Shown here: in pieces, positions 1-9,723 of the stretch
How positions within the stretch are numbered: the stretch's first letter is position 1
Layout of the letters: every line of letters begins with the position of its first letter
Assembly (NCBI GenBank): GCA_024704765.1
Contig: JAKMXF010000338.1
Location: 134,369 to 152,686, forward strand
Reading direction: 5' to 3'
DNA: 18,318 nucleotides
Origin: Oopsacas minuta
Lineage: Eukaryota > Animalia > Porifera
The notes under the pieces: generated by a model
What the model was told of the DNA's origin: nothing
The model's input: the letters and a program-made list of their open reading frames with translations, nothing else
Database searches by the model: none
Made by a program: the position numbers and the translations under genes

Positions 1-1
1 A

Positions 2-371
2 ACCAGAACTGTGTTTGCGGTAATGGTATCTAGCTTACATAAGAAATGGTCTTGTATTTCACGTTTATTACCATGTGGTTCTATTTCCGCTGAAAAGATA
101 TTTCCCATCATCAAAGAGTATATCATTGATATTGAGAATTGTGGTTTACGTGTACAGGTATTTCAACTGACAATTATCCTTTGAATGTAAAACTTTTCAA
201 GCTATTTTCTCTGAGTGGCAAATTGGAAACTAGGGTGCCTCACCCATTTGACCCTACTAGATTTCTCTTCCTCACATTCGATTTTGTTCATATTTTAAAA
301 GTATACGTAATAATTGGTTGAATCAGAAGAATATTGATAAGACAATGTATTTCCCTAAGTTGGAAGATCTT
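2..371 (+). pseudogene. P-element (THAP9-like) transposase fragment, core region, frameshifted and 3'-truncated
   Basis: Frame 2 from base 2 reads TRTVFAVMVSSLHKKWSCISRLLPCG...IENCGLRVQV. After 1-nt shifts it continues STDNYPLNVKLFK...VPHPFDPTRFLFLTFDFVHILK and IRNNWLNQKN. The (S/T)D..N motif and DxxH(I/L)(L)KxIRNNW motif are characteristic of P-family transposases. The fragment continues off the window to the left. Confidence 0.85.
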
Positions 372-1397
372 GCCATCATGCAGCAACACGCGCTTTAGAT
401 TCCGTTTAGAGTTATCGATAAATAAACGCCATTCATTTGGATTGTATTGGGACAGTCCTATTGCTGAGAGAAGTCCTGGGATTAAATCACAAAACACGAA
501 ACCACCTTCACTGAAATAGCGATTAAGTTCTTCGTCTCTACGTCGGTAATAAGTTATCTTAGCTTCGCTGAGACGGGAAGCCAGGATCCCTGATGCATCT
601 TTTGACAAGCCTAAGTCTCTCACTAAGTCGTTGAGCTGCCCCTGTGTGAAAGGCTCCGTATTACTTATCTGTAACAACTCATTACAGTAATTGCTGCTGT
701 AAGTGCTGTCCGACGATTCTTCAATTGCCTCAGTAAACGTAGTATCAGGTAAGGCCGCAAAAACAGGCACCTGAATTTCGCTGCAGTGTGGAATTGGGCG
801 CCTTGCAGAATGTATGTCAGGATAATGCCACGAATTCTTTTCTGCCGGTTCCATCCAGACATGTCAACCATGCAGAAGTAGCAGTCATCGTGATGGTTCT
901 TGGGCTCTCGCCAAACCATTGGTACCCCAAACTTCATGGATGTGGCTTTTCCTTGGGCCCGTCCATAGGGCGAGGGTTTCTGTGCAATATTTGTGCACTT
1001 TGTGAGGGCTCCATGACTTATCCTGATCACCTAATTTAATACCAAAGTAAGCCTGATAAGCTATTTTGCTGACATCTCTAATATTAAAACGATATTCCTT
1101 TGCCATATGTTCACCACAAATATAGCAAAAGACATCAGGATCACTGAGGCAACATGTCTAATGCGTTCTGAATCCATAAAAGGTTCTATGTTGTGAACAA
1201 ATAGTTGTAAATATTGATATATACATACAAACCGAAAATATTCGTAGTTTACCTTAAAATTTAAGGTTGTGTAATATCTAGAAAACTAGAGCCAATTCAG
1301 CAAAACTAATTGTATTTTCGGATACAGCAACCCCGATATACCCTAAAAACAGTCCAACAATCTGAGTCAAGAGATAGAATTTTTTTGTTGACCTGTG
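367..1397 (-). mobile_element. Chapaev3-like (CMC superfamily) DNA transposon: 5' terminus plus N-terminal half of the transposase (ATG ~1177), 3' part missing
   Basis: Minus-strand frames join into CCLSDPDVFCYICGE...AYFGIKLGDQDKSWSPHKV...MKFGVPMVWREPKNHHDDCYFC...SARRPIPH...FTQGQLNDLVRDLGLSK...WRLFIDNSKRNLKRVLLHDGK, which I recognise as Chapaev3-type. The terminus reads 5'-CACAGGTCAACAAAAAAA from 1397, matching the CAC...GTG ends of this group. There are several frameshifts. Confidence 0.8.
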
Positions 1398-1446
1398 TAT
1401 TTATTGAGCAAAGAGATTTGATAATTGAGTAGCCAGTTCGTATCTA

Positions 1447-1784
1447 CAGGGTGTTAAGAAATTGATGCCCTAATTATATTTGAGTAACAGTTTGAAATCA
1501 GGGGTATAGAAAGTGGTGATCACTTTCCAATATAACCGCCTTTACGTTTTAAACATAATTTAACTCTATTACACATCCCAGATACTAAATTCTCCAAAAT
1601 TTCAGGAGATATCCTCGACCAAGCTAGCTTTACATGATTTTCCAGCATCAAAAGGTTGGTTGGAGTAGGCATCATTTGAATATCATGTTTGACTATTGAC
1701 CACAAATTTTCAATGGGATTGAGGTCCGGAGAGTTACCTGGCCAAGTTTCCTTTGTCGAAAATTCGACTAAATTGTTATCACAC
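1447..1784 (-). mobile_element. Tc1-like element B (DD37E-type), 3' end only, cut at the single N at 1785
   Basis: ORF 1520-1792 has WPGNSPDLNPIENLW...GMCNRVKLCLKRKGGYIGK*. The terminus TA|CAGGGTGTTAAGAAATTGATGCCC starts at 1447 (TA at 1445-1446). The C-terminus and TIR resemble element C (16879-18215). The second catalytic D is not in the fragment, so DD37E is inferred from that similarity. Confidence 0.85.
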
Positions 1785-1785
1785 N

Positions 1786-2348
1786 ATTGCATGTTTGGGG
1801 AGCGTTTTCAGCACGTGGAACGTTTCCTATCTAGGTTTTCAGAGAAAATCTCACAGGGCGACTTACTGCGACATTCTGCACGAATGTTTAGTAGAACACG
1901 CAAGTGTTTTGTACCTTGATGGATGGGTTTTCCAGGAAGACAACGATCCCAAACACACGTACAACCATGCTTGAGGATACATGGAGGAGAAAGGGGTACA
2001 TAGGATCGATTGGCCTGCTTGTAGTCCGGAATTGAATCCGATCCAGAACTTCTGGTCGTGGATCAAGAGAGAAATTGATTTGAAGTCACCACGAAATATA
2101 AATGAGCTGGAAAAGGAGCTAAATGAAGTATAGAATTCTTTAGAACATGAATCTTTACGTCCATTTTGGCCATCGATGCCAAAAAGAGTCAAATTAGTAC
2201 GGATAGTAACGGAAATAAGATACATTATTAGGCCTACTATATTATTGATTGTTTAAGGATTCTAAAACATACTTGGAATAGAAATACACTAAATGGACTT
2301 GTAGCTAGGGAAAAACAAAGATCTTCCCAATGTCAAGTTGACAGACTG
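1786..2348 (+). mobile_element. Tc1 DD34E family A, copy 1 (3' half, defective)
   Basis: Reads WGAFSARGTFPI*VFRENLTG / YCDILHECL...FQEDNDPKH...WPACSPELNPIQNFW...SMPKRVKLV. It ends in the TIR AAAGATCTTCCCAATGTCAAGTTGACAGACTG|TA (TA at 2349-2350). About 92% identical by manual alignment to the reverse complement of 13363-13925. Confidence 0.93.
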
Positions 2349-3228
2349 TAACCACACTCTCTTTATAACAATGTGATTCTCCCGCTTGCATAGCGAACTA
2401 TGTATTCATTCATTCAACTTCAATAATAGGAAGGGAATAAAATTTCTAGTGTGCACAGTCGAATCCTCTGCAAACTTCGCATTCGTGCCATTATTCTCTC
2501 TCCAATTGTGAAAAGTAAGCTGGACACCTGGTTAATACTTCAAACTTCAAGAAATAGAACCAGCCAAAGATTGCTTGAGGATTGATTGTATTCAATCTTT
2601 ACTATTGTATACTTTACTTGAAAGTGCCGGACAAAATCGGGTCTTAACGAGAAACAGAGTCATGCAAATTGCATTAAATGACTCTGGTTAATCAGATCAA
2701 TATCTTTATTCTGCTTAGTCGGGTCAAATTATCTGCCACTATGTGGCCATATAAGCAGTCTACTTAACTGGAACAAACTTTCATTTGCAACCATATAAAT
2801 TTTAATCTGATATGGCTTTTTTCTTTCTCATCAAAACGTACGGATATTCGAATATTCAAAAAATAGTTCATTTGGAGAAATATATGTGTGATTTCGCATA
2901 TTGGCTTCACCGTTTTGTACAATGGTTCTGATTAATTCATTAATGTGTTTCCTTATACTATATGTTGGGGAGTATTTTTATATTAAAATACCTTATCCAC
3001 TCAGATACAAAGTGACTTTTCACTAATTCTGGAAATGTCCTTTCAACCAGTGTATGCTAGAAAAGACCACTCTGTGTTTTACACTTGCTCCGGTCATTTC
3101 AGGGAGAGGGCGGTTTTTTCCCAATAGAGCTTTCAACACACTGAAAAGTGAATAGAAAAGTCTAGTTGACATATTATATATGTGATTATTTAAGTGTAAA
3201 TAGATTGTGTCAAAGTTATTTTTCACCT

Positions 3229-3574
3229 ATGGCTGAACCCTCGCACTTAACCCCTCCCAAACGTATTTGCTTGAGCGAAGCTATTTAGAATGATATTTAT
3301 GATTCTGACGAAGACTATTTGTTGCCAGATGATTTCAATAACTCATTCACCTATTCCTGTCATACAAGTTCAGATCAAGACGAAACTGAAGTTGGTTCCA
3401 ATAGCTCCATGGATATTTCTGATCAGAATAATCCTTCTCTTCTAATTTCAAAGGACGGAACAAAATGGAAAGAATTTCTACATGTTGATATCCCCGTCCT
3501 GGATTTTATCCCAAAATTATTGATCATATTCCTAAACCTACTAATAAGTGTGATAATTGTGAAACAATTTTTGG
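3229..3574 (+). pseudogene. piggyBac transposase N-terminal part (acidic region, SKDGTKW motif)
   Basis: ATG at 3229 gives MAEPSHLTPPKR...DSDEDYLLPDD...SSDQDETE...LISKDGTKW, with an in-frame TAG at 3286. After a frameshift it reads KIIDHIPKPTNKCDNCETI. An acidic N-terminus followed by xKDGTxW is typical of piggyBac transposases. Confidence 0.65.
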
Positions 3575-5656
3575 GTAATGTTACATTTCTTCTGCATTGA
3601 TAATTTCAGAATACGGTACTTCATACGATTTCATGGATTATGTATTTGCCATATCAATTGATATGGCTTCAAATTTGTACTGTGCTTCTGTGCCGACTAT
3701 ACTTTAGTTATTGACTCGGTGATACAATGGCTGACTTTCTTTGTATATTACTAAATATGTACCCATATGTTCATCTAATTTTCACACCTTTAGAGATTAT
3801 AGCCCCCAAATTTGCATGTTTACTCGTAGTGTCATCTACTTGTGCACCTGACAATGGAAAATTCCCGGTATATTTCACACCTTTTGAAACTTCTGTATTT
3901 AGCCCAATCAGATTATTTGGTTTACAATTAGGCCTAAAGGCATTTTATTAGTTCAAATGGAGTGTATATAATTTACATAGCACTATAATGTATTTGTATT
4001 GATGTTGACTGCTATGCTATTAGTAAATACATTTTGTTGAATTAATTATTATACACTGATTCATCATATGATTGAACATTTACAATTATGCCAGAGCTTC
4101 GCTTCCAACTGCTAAATAGCTGTAAACAGGGACGCGTGGAATTCGACTTTGACATTTTGATGTCAAACATAATTAGTAAGATTTGATTTTATCTTTCTTT
4201 ACTAAAATGGATATTTAGTAGAATAATATAGTTTCAATAATCCACTAAAATTATTTCAGTTGTTTGAGAACTTTATTTTTAGACCTATCAGATTGTTTGC
4301 TTTTAGTAGAGTCAAATACTAAGATTCTGTGGCCAACCTCAGTAAGTTCAGTTTAATGGCTGATTCTGGTACTTTTTCGTATAGTAATTCGCGGTTTATG
4401 CTCCCACGCTTATAGATGTCTGATAATTTGGTCGGACTTTTCCTAGCGACACATTCTAGAGCCTCAGGCAATCATTTTGAAAAGATACCCTTTTCCCACA
4501 TGGCCTACAAACTTGGCTGATTCCACTGTCCAGCACCGTTACCTTTGATTTCACAAGTTCGCTATCTTGATTGTCTATCTATCTTTTTGATGATGATTAG
4601 TAATTTACTGGATAATTATTATTTGCAATGTAGCTCGTGTATTTCTATACTATAGAGCTTGTCTGTGTGAAATATATGAGATCTAATGAATATTTAGGAG
4701 CTTGAAAATTGATGACATTTCCTGAGGAATTTAGCAACTCCTTGTAACGACTTGTCGCTATCTCCTCATAGAACCCTAAGTTTGGGGAATGAACCCAGTG
4801 GATATCTTCATTTGTATTATTGAATGTTAAAAAGACACACAGTGCAAGGCAGTGGCGAACCACACTCGGGCCTACTCAGGCATGTGCCCTGGTAAATGAG
4901 GATTGCGCCCAGGGACATGCCCCGGTGAATGAAAAAGGTCCCTGAGTTGCTAAGATCTGATATAGATGTAATAATTATACTAGATTACTCTTAATTCGAT
5001 ATTTTAACTAAAATCAGACCGTGTCACCTTTTGTTAATATTGAGCGTCATTTACGCTATGCGTTAGTTTAGTTATGCGAAAAGCACAGATTACTAACATA
5101 AAAATGCTCAGTAGCTTCTGTATTACCACAGAAGGGTATTATATTGGATTAAATGCATTATGGATACTAAAAAATTACAATTTTGTCTAAATTAACCGAG
5201 GAGCACGCAGTTTCGAGTATATCCCGTCGTGTAGCGACCAAACCAACAAGAAATGCAACTGTTTAATCCTTAAAACAAGTGAGAAAGCTAAGGGATACTT
5301 CCCTCTGTAGCATAGCGACCTAGCAAACGAATCGCCCTAGTTATCTTATTATTATCATTGAAGCTAACTCCCCTCCTATTCTGCGTTCATGAATTGTGTT
5401 CGCTGCAATTTTACGAATGTAACCTCCACGAACGTGAGGGATTCTTGATCGACACAAATGTATTTATCTATTGAGTGCTGTATATTCACTCCATGATAAT
5501 TTCTCCCCTCCGTATAATGAAAATTCCCAATAGCTACATCCTTACTGGAGCTAAATACCTTGTTAATCTTGAATTCAATGCCTCATTCTTGATATTGGAA
5601 ATTGCATTGCTACAATTAACTTTTCAAAGGCTGCCTAATCTACTTTGTTCATTTAG

Positions 5657-7222
5657 ATATATTCAAACTATTCTTGACAGAATAGCTTCTGAATCATATA
5701 CTCAAAATGACCAATGAAAAGATTTAATCTTTTTACAAGATTATCCAGATCTCTTGTCTAAACCTTATTTTTATCTTAGTCTCGTTGACTTGAGGCCTTT
5801 TTGGGACTTCTAATTGAGATTGGAGTTTTGCGGGTTTTCAAAAGAAACAATCGATAACCTATTTTGTGGTGATAGTAACAAGTCTCTGCCTATTTTTCGG
5901 CAACTATGCCCCGTGATAGGTTTAAAATTATTACGCGTTTTTTACGCTTCGACGATATTTCGACTAGAAAACTTAGACAAATCAATGATAATTTGGCTCC
6001 TATCCGTTTTGTTGTTGAGACAATCAGAACGAACCTCTTGGCTGCGTACTCACCCGGAAAATGGGTTACGCTCGATGAGCACTTGTGTCGATATCGCGGC
6101 AGGTGTTCATTTAGACAATATGTCCCTAGCAAATCCGACAAATGTGGCTTGAAGATATATATTCTGGCTGATTCCTCGAATTGCTATCCCATGAACTTCG
6201 AGGTTTCCTCTGGGAAGCAAGAAAATAGTACCAAACCTTGCCATATAGTGAGGAGACTTTCAGCAGTACTCAAACTTGGACATATTGTGTGTACTAATAA
6301 TTATTTTACCTCTCTCAGTCTCTCAATACCATTAGTGGACTCGGGTATTTATTGCTTAGGAACAATGAAAAAGATACGGGCAGAAGTTCCTAAACAATTT
6401 AAGGATTTCAAAGGCCTCCCAATATATTCATCTCGTCTATTGTATTCGGAAGAAACTGAGCATGCACTTTTGTGTTATATTACAAAAAAGAACAAATACG
6501 TACTCTTGCTCACTAACTTTCATTCGAATATAATTATCCCACAGAACTCAAGAAATCTAAAGCTACTATGGTGCTAGACTATAATGCGCAAAAGAGTGGT
6601 GTTGATAAATTTGATCAACAACTGAAAGACTATAGGATACATCTTATCAACAGGCGCTGGCTAGCTGGACTATATTTGACATGGTTGCTTTTGCAACATT
6701 TGCTTCGTGGGTCATTTTCTCTTTAAGGTACCCAAATGATCCGCTAGTCAAATCAAAGAATCGCCGCGAATTTATGCACATTCAGGGCAACAACTCGTAT
6801 CCCCACTAATACATGAACAAAAATGATCAAAACGTATCAGGTTTCTCCCTCAAACTCTGAAGGAAAATATTGATTCATTTTCTAATCATAGTAGAATCAT
6901 ATTTGCCACATCTAATGAACAACCAGTTGCTTTACCTCCTAACGATCCTATTGATTGCATTTTTCTTACTACTTCTATTAAAATACTGTTACTAGTGAAA
7001 CTTCTTGTCTTGCATCAATTCTACTAATGAACCTACTTCTTCATTTACACCTGCATCAGTTTCTATCAACACGAAAAAGAAAGCTACAAACGCTGTTATC
7101 TTTGTACACGCAAACTTGACAGAAAGGTAGCAACAACTTGTTACTACTGTGAGGTCAATATTTGTGTTGACTATTCAGAACAATACTACGTGTGCAATAA
7201 TTGCAGAGATATGTTTGCCTAG
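5657..7222 (+). pseudogene. piggyBac transposase core and C-terminal cysteine-rich domain, degenerate
   Basis: Reads DIFKLFLTE*LLNHILKMTNEK...FLGLLI...MPRDRFKIITRFLRFDD...TLDEHLCRYRGRCSFRQYVPSKSDKCGLKI...CTNNYFTS...LGTMKK...DYNAQKSGVDKFDQ...RRW. It ends RCYLCTRKLDRKVATTCYYCEVNICVDYSEQYYVCNNCRDMFA* (stop 7220-7222). The second catalytic D appears as N (TNNYF). There are multiple frameshifts. TTAA-flanked termini were not located. Confidence 0.93.
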
Positions 7223-7535
7223 AATTCTAGTTTTGGATTTATTTTAATGACTGGAACAATGATTAATATTTATTACCAATTGAATTTCAATTGTTTTTAG
7301 TGCGAATTACAAATATAGTTGATTAAACTTATATATTTAATATTAGTGCACTGCCAAAAGTGTGACTTCTCTATATCACCACTATTAACATAAAGCATAG
7401 CCTACTAAATATAAGGCCAGACAGTAACTTCATTTTTTTGTATCAGGGATAAGTTATTAGCTGATTATATTAACTACCCATTTTCTATTTTTAAAACTTC
7501 TGATTATTAATTAACCATACTGTTTAAATTCATTA

Positions 7536-7966
7536 NNNNNNNNNNNNNNNNNNNNNNNNNNNNNNNNNNNNNNNNNNNNNNNNNNNNNNNNNNNNNNNNN
7601 NNNNNNNNNNNNNNNNNNNNNNNNNNNNNNNNNNNNNNNNNNNNNNNNNNNNNNNNNNNNNNNNNNNNNNNNNNNNNNNNNNNNNNNNNNNNNNNNNNNN
7701 NNNNNNNNNNNNNNNNNNNNNNNNNNNNNNNNNNNNNNNNNNNNNNNNNNNNNNNNNNNNNNNNNNNNNNNNNNNNNNNNNNNNNNNNNNNNNNNNNNNN
7801 NNNNNNNNNNNNNNNNNNNNNNNNNNNNNNNNNNNNNNNNNNNNNNNNNNNNNNNNNNNNNNNNNNNNNNNNNNNNNNNNNNNNNNNNNNNNNNNNNNNN
7901 NNNNNNNNNNNNNNNNNNNNNNNNNNNNNNNNNNNNNNNNNNNNNNNNNNNNNNNNNNNNNNNNNN
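7536..7966. other. Assembly gap (431 N)
   Basis: Run of N in the sequence. Confidence 1.
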
Positions 7967-8309
7967 TCGTGATTCCTGTGTCGAAAAGTATCTTGATATT
8001 GTTACGCTGTTCTTGCTCGTTCATTTTAAGGTTTTGAATTGATGAAAGTAAAGAATTATTAGCGAAGAAATAGAAGTGTTGCGAGAAATTCAAGTGATCA
8101 ATATTTATATAGAATATTTGATTAGTAACTAAGTATAAATTGAAATATTTTGTAACCGCAGTCAGCTAGAGAAGTTCAGTTGGTTAAGAAATGACTAGAA
8201 ATAGTTGAAAAACACAATTTATCAATATTTTTACGAAAACCAATTTGAAAATGCAATTAGGAACATTCTAACATCGAAAGAGATTTCCCAATTTCAAGTT
8301 GATAGACTG
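7967..8309 (-). mobile_element. Tc1 family A, copy 3: 5' TIR, leader and first codons, running into the gap
   Basis: Minus strand TA|CAGTCTATCAACTTGAAATTGGGAAATCT (8309 downward; TA at 8310-8311) matches the family A TIR at 2348 and 13363. ATG at 8024 gives MNEQEQRNNIKILFDTGIT before the Ns. Confidence 0.8.
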
Positions 8310-9239
8310 TACATATACCATAAATTAATGATACAATCTGATAGGGCTGAATACTGCGGTTGATACTACCAAATCTTACAACTTATCTTACAACTTGCGG
8401 TTGATAATTAACAAAATAATTAAATGTCGCTCAGATTTACGTTGAATGCACATTTTTTGTTAATTACTAACAGAAACTTAAACCCAAGTTCGTAAAATAT
8501 GGAGTTTTATGTAATAAATTTCAAAAGGTCAACTGGAGTTGTAATGACGACTTCGTTATAACGGGCTAAAAATTCAGTATCTTTTGACCTGAAGGAGGCA
8601 ACAAATAACTTCTTTAAAAGAGAAATTTATACTGACATTTCGGAATATACAAGTTGGCGTGTCCGGCTTTGAGCAATTCATAGTTTAGTAACACTATTTG
8701 GAGGGCTTAGCTACCCACACTGCGAGGCAATATCTGAGGCATTTTGATAACTACATTATTTTCAAGCGCGCCACATCCATTTCAAAAGTGGTACAACGCA
8801 ATATTTTATTATATCTCAAGTTGTATGGCGATACGGGACCAAATAATACAGAAAGTGCCAGGGATATTTATGCCTAATTGTTTCCGAATTCTTCTTAGGC
8901 CGATGAGAGGGGAAGATCCGCGACAAATACCCAATGCCCCCGCTGGTGGCACCTTTAAGAAATTTAATAAGCCGACTAGCAACTATATAATGAGCCACAA
9001 ATATGCATGGGGTATGGCCGATTTGTATATAATTGTGCATCATGACCACACCAAAGTCTACATTGGGCAACATTCGGTCTTGGCTGTTCAAGTTTGATCA
9101 GAATAGTCATCGAAGATCAAATTAGCTAAATTTGATGTGAAGATCTCTCTGTAGCCAAATGATCTGGCCGAAAATGTAGTGAGAAGAACATCGGTCTTGC
9201 CACCTCAAAAGATTGTTTCAGGGGTGTGTTTATGGACCA

Positions 9240-9478
9240 CAATTAGAAGATTACGGTTGGCTCTGGGGTCTCTATAGCCCCAATTAGAAGATTACAGTTG
9301 GCTATGCGGTGTCTGTAGACCCCAATATGAAGATTATAGTTGGCTATGGTGTCTTTGTAGACCCCAATATGGAGATTCCGGTTGGCTATGGGGTCTCTGT
9401 AGACCCCAAAATGAAGATTACAGTAGGCTATTGGGCCTCTGTAGATCCCAATATAAAGACTACTGTTGGCTATGGGGT
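9240..9478. repeat. 42-bp tandem repeat (5 full units plus 1 partial) with an internal hairpin
   Basis: Units start at 9240, 9281, 9323, 9365, 9407 and 9449 (first unit 41 bp, others 42 bp). Consensus is about CAATATGAAGATTACAGTTGGCTATGGGGTCTCTGTAGACCC. The best unit contains TGGGGTCT-CTGT-AGACCCCA, an 8-bp stem with a 4-nt loop. Confidence 0.95.
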
Positions 9479-9723
9479 TTGGGTACAATTTCGTGACAGG
9501 GGTCCTAATGGAACAATCTAGCCACCGCTGGGTCAATGTAAAGGGTGTATTTTCAAGGCTGTATTTGAGTGAAAATTATCTATAAACATAAATGATTGGT
9601 AAATACATAGGTGAACCTCCTTTGGTAAGTGTTTTCAACATAAAAAGGAAACATCATAGTTTACCGATATCAGAGGCGACTATTTGATACCGACTTATCA
9701 GCTTTGTGGTCTTGAGCAAAATA

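Noticed and set aside
1447-2348. One composite element bounded by the TIRs at 1447 and 2348
   Set aside because: The two TIRs are unrelated (CAGGGTG versus CAGTCTG) and the halves meet exactly at an assembly N.
3247-3255. TTAACCCCT as the piggyBac left terminus
   Set aside because: It lies inside the putative coding start, and no matching GGG-TTAA end was found after 7222.
3780-3884. 12-bp repeat TTTCACACCTTT at 93-bp spacing as a protein repeat
   Set aside because: The flanks do not align and the frames contain stops or no recognisable motif; it is plausibly chance.
9240-9478. CRISPR array (regular palindromic repeats)
   Set aside because: Units are contiguous with no unique spacers, the context is eukaryotic transposons, and there are no cas genes.
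4850-9530. CAGTGGCG (4850) and GCCACCGCTG (9530) as paired hAT TIRs
   Set aside because: The match is short, there is no 8-bp target duplication, and the span would cut across the piggyBac core.
9243-9536. ORFs 9309-9521 (+) and 9243-9536 (-) as repeat proteins
   Set aside because: Openness follows from the 42-nt period. The first unit is 41 bp, and there is no other coding evidence.
9541-9560. TA|AAGGGTGTATTTT as the mariner F terminus
   Set aside because: A better mariner-like end (TA|CAGGGACATTCAATAAAT) sits at 9724, about 70 bp from the stop codon. There is no partner for 9541.
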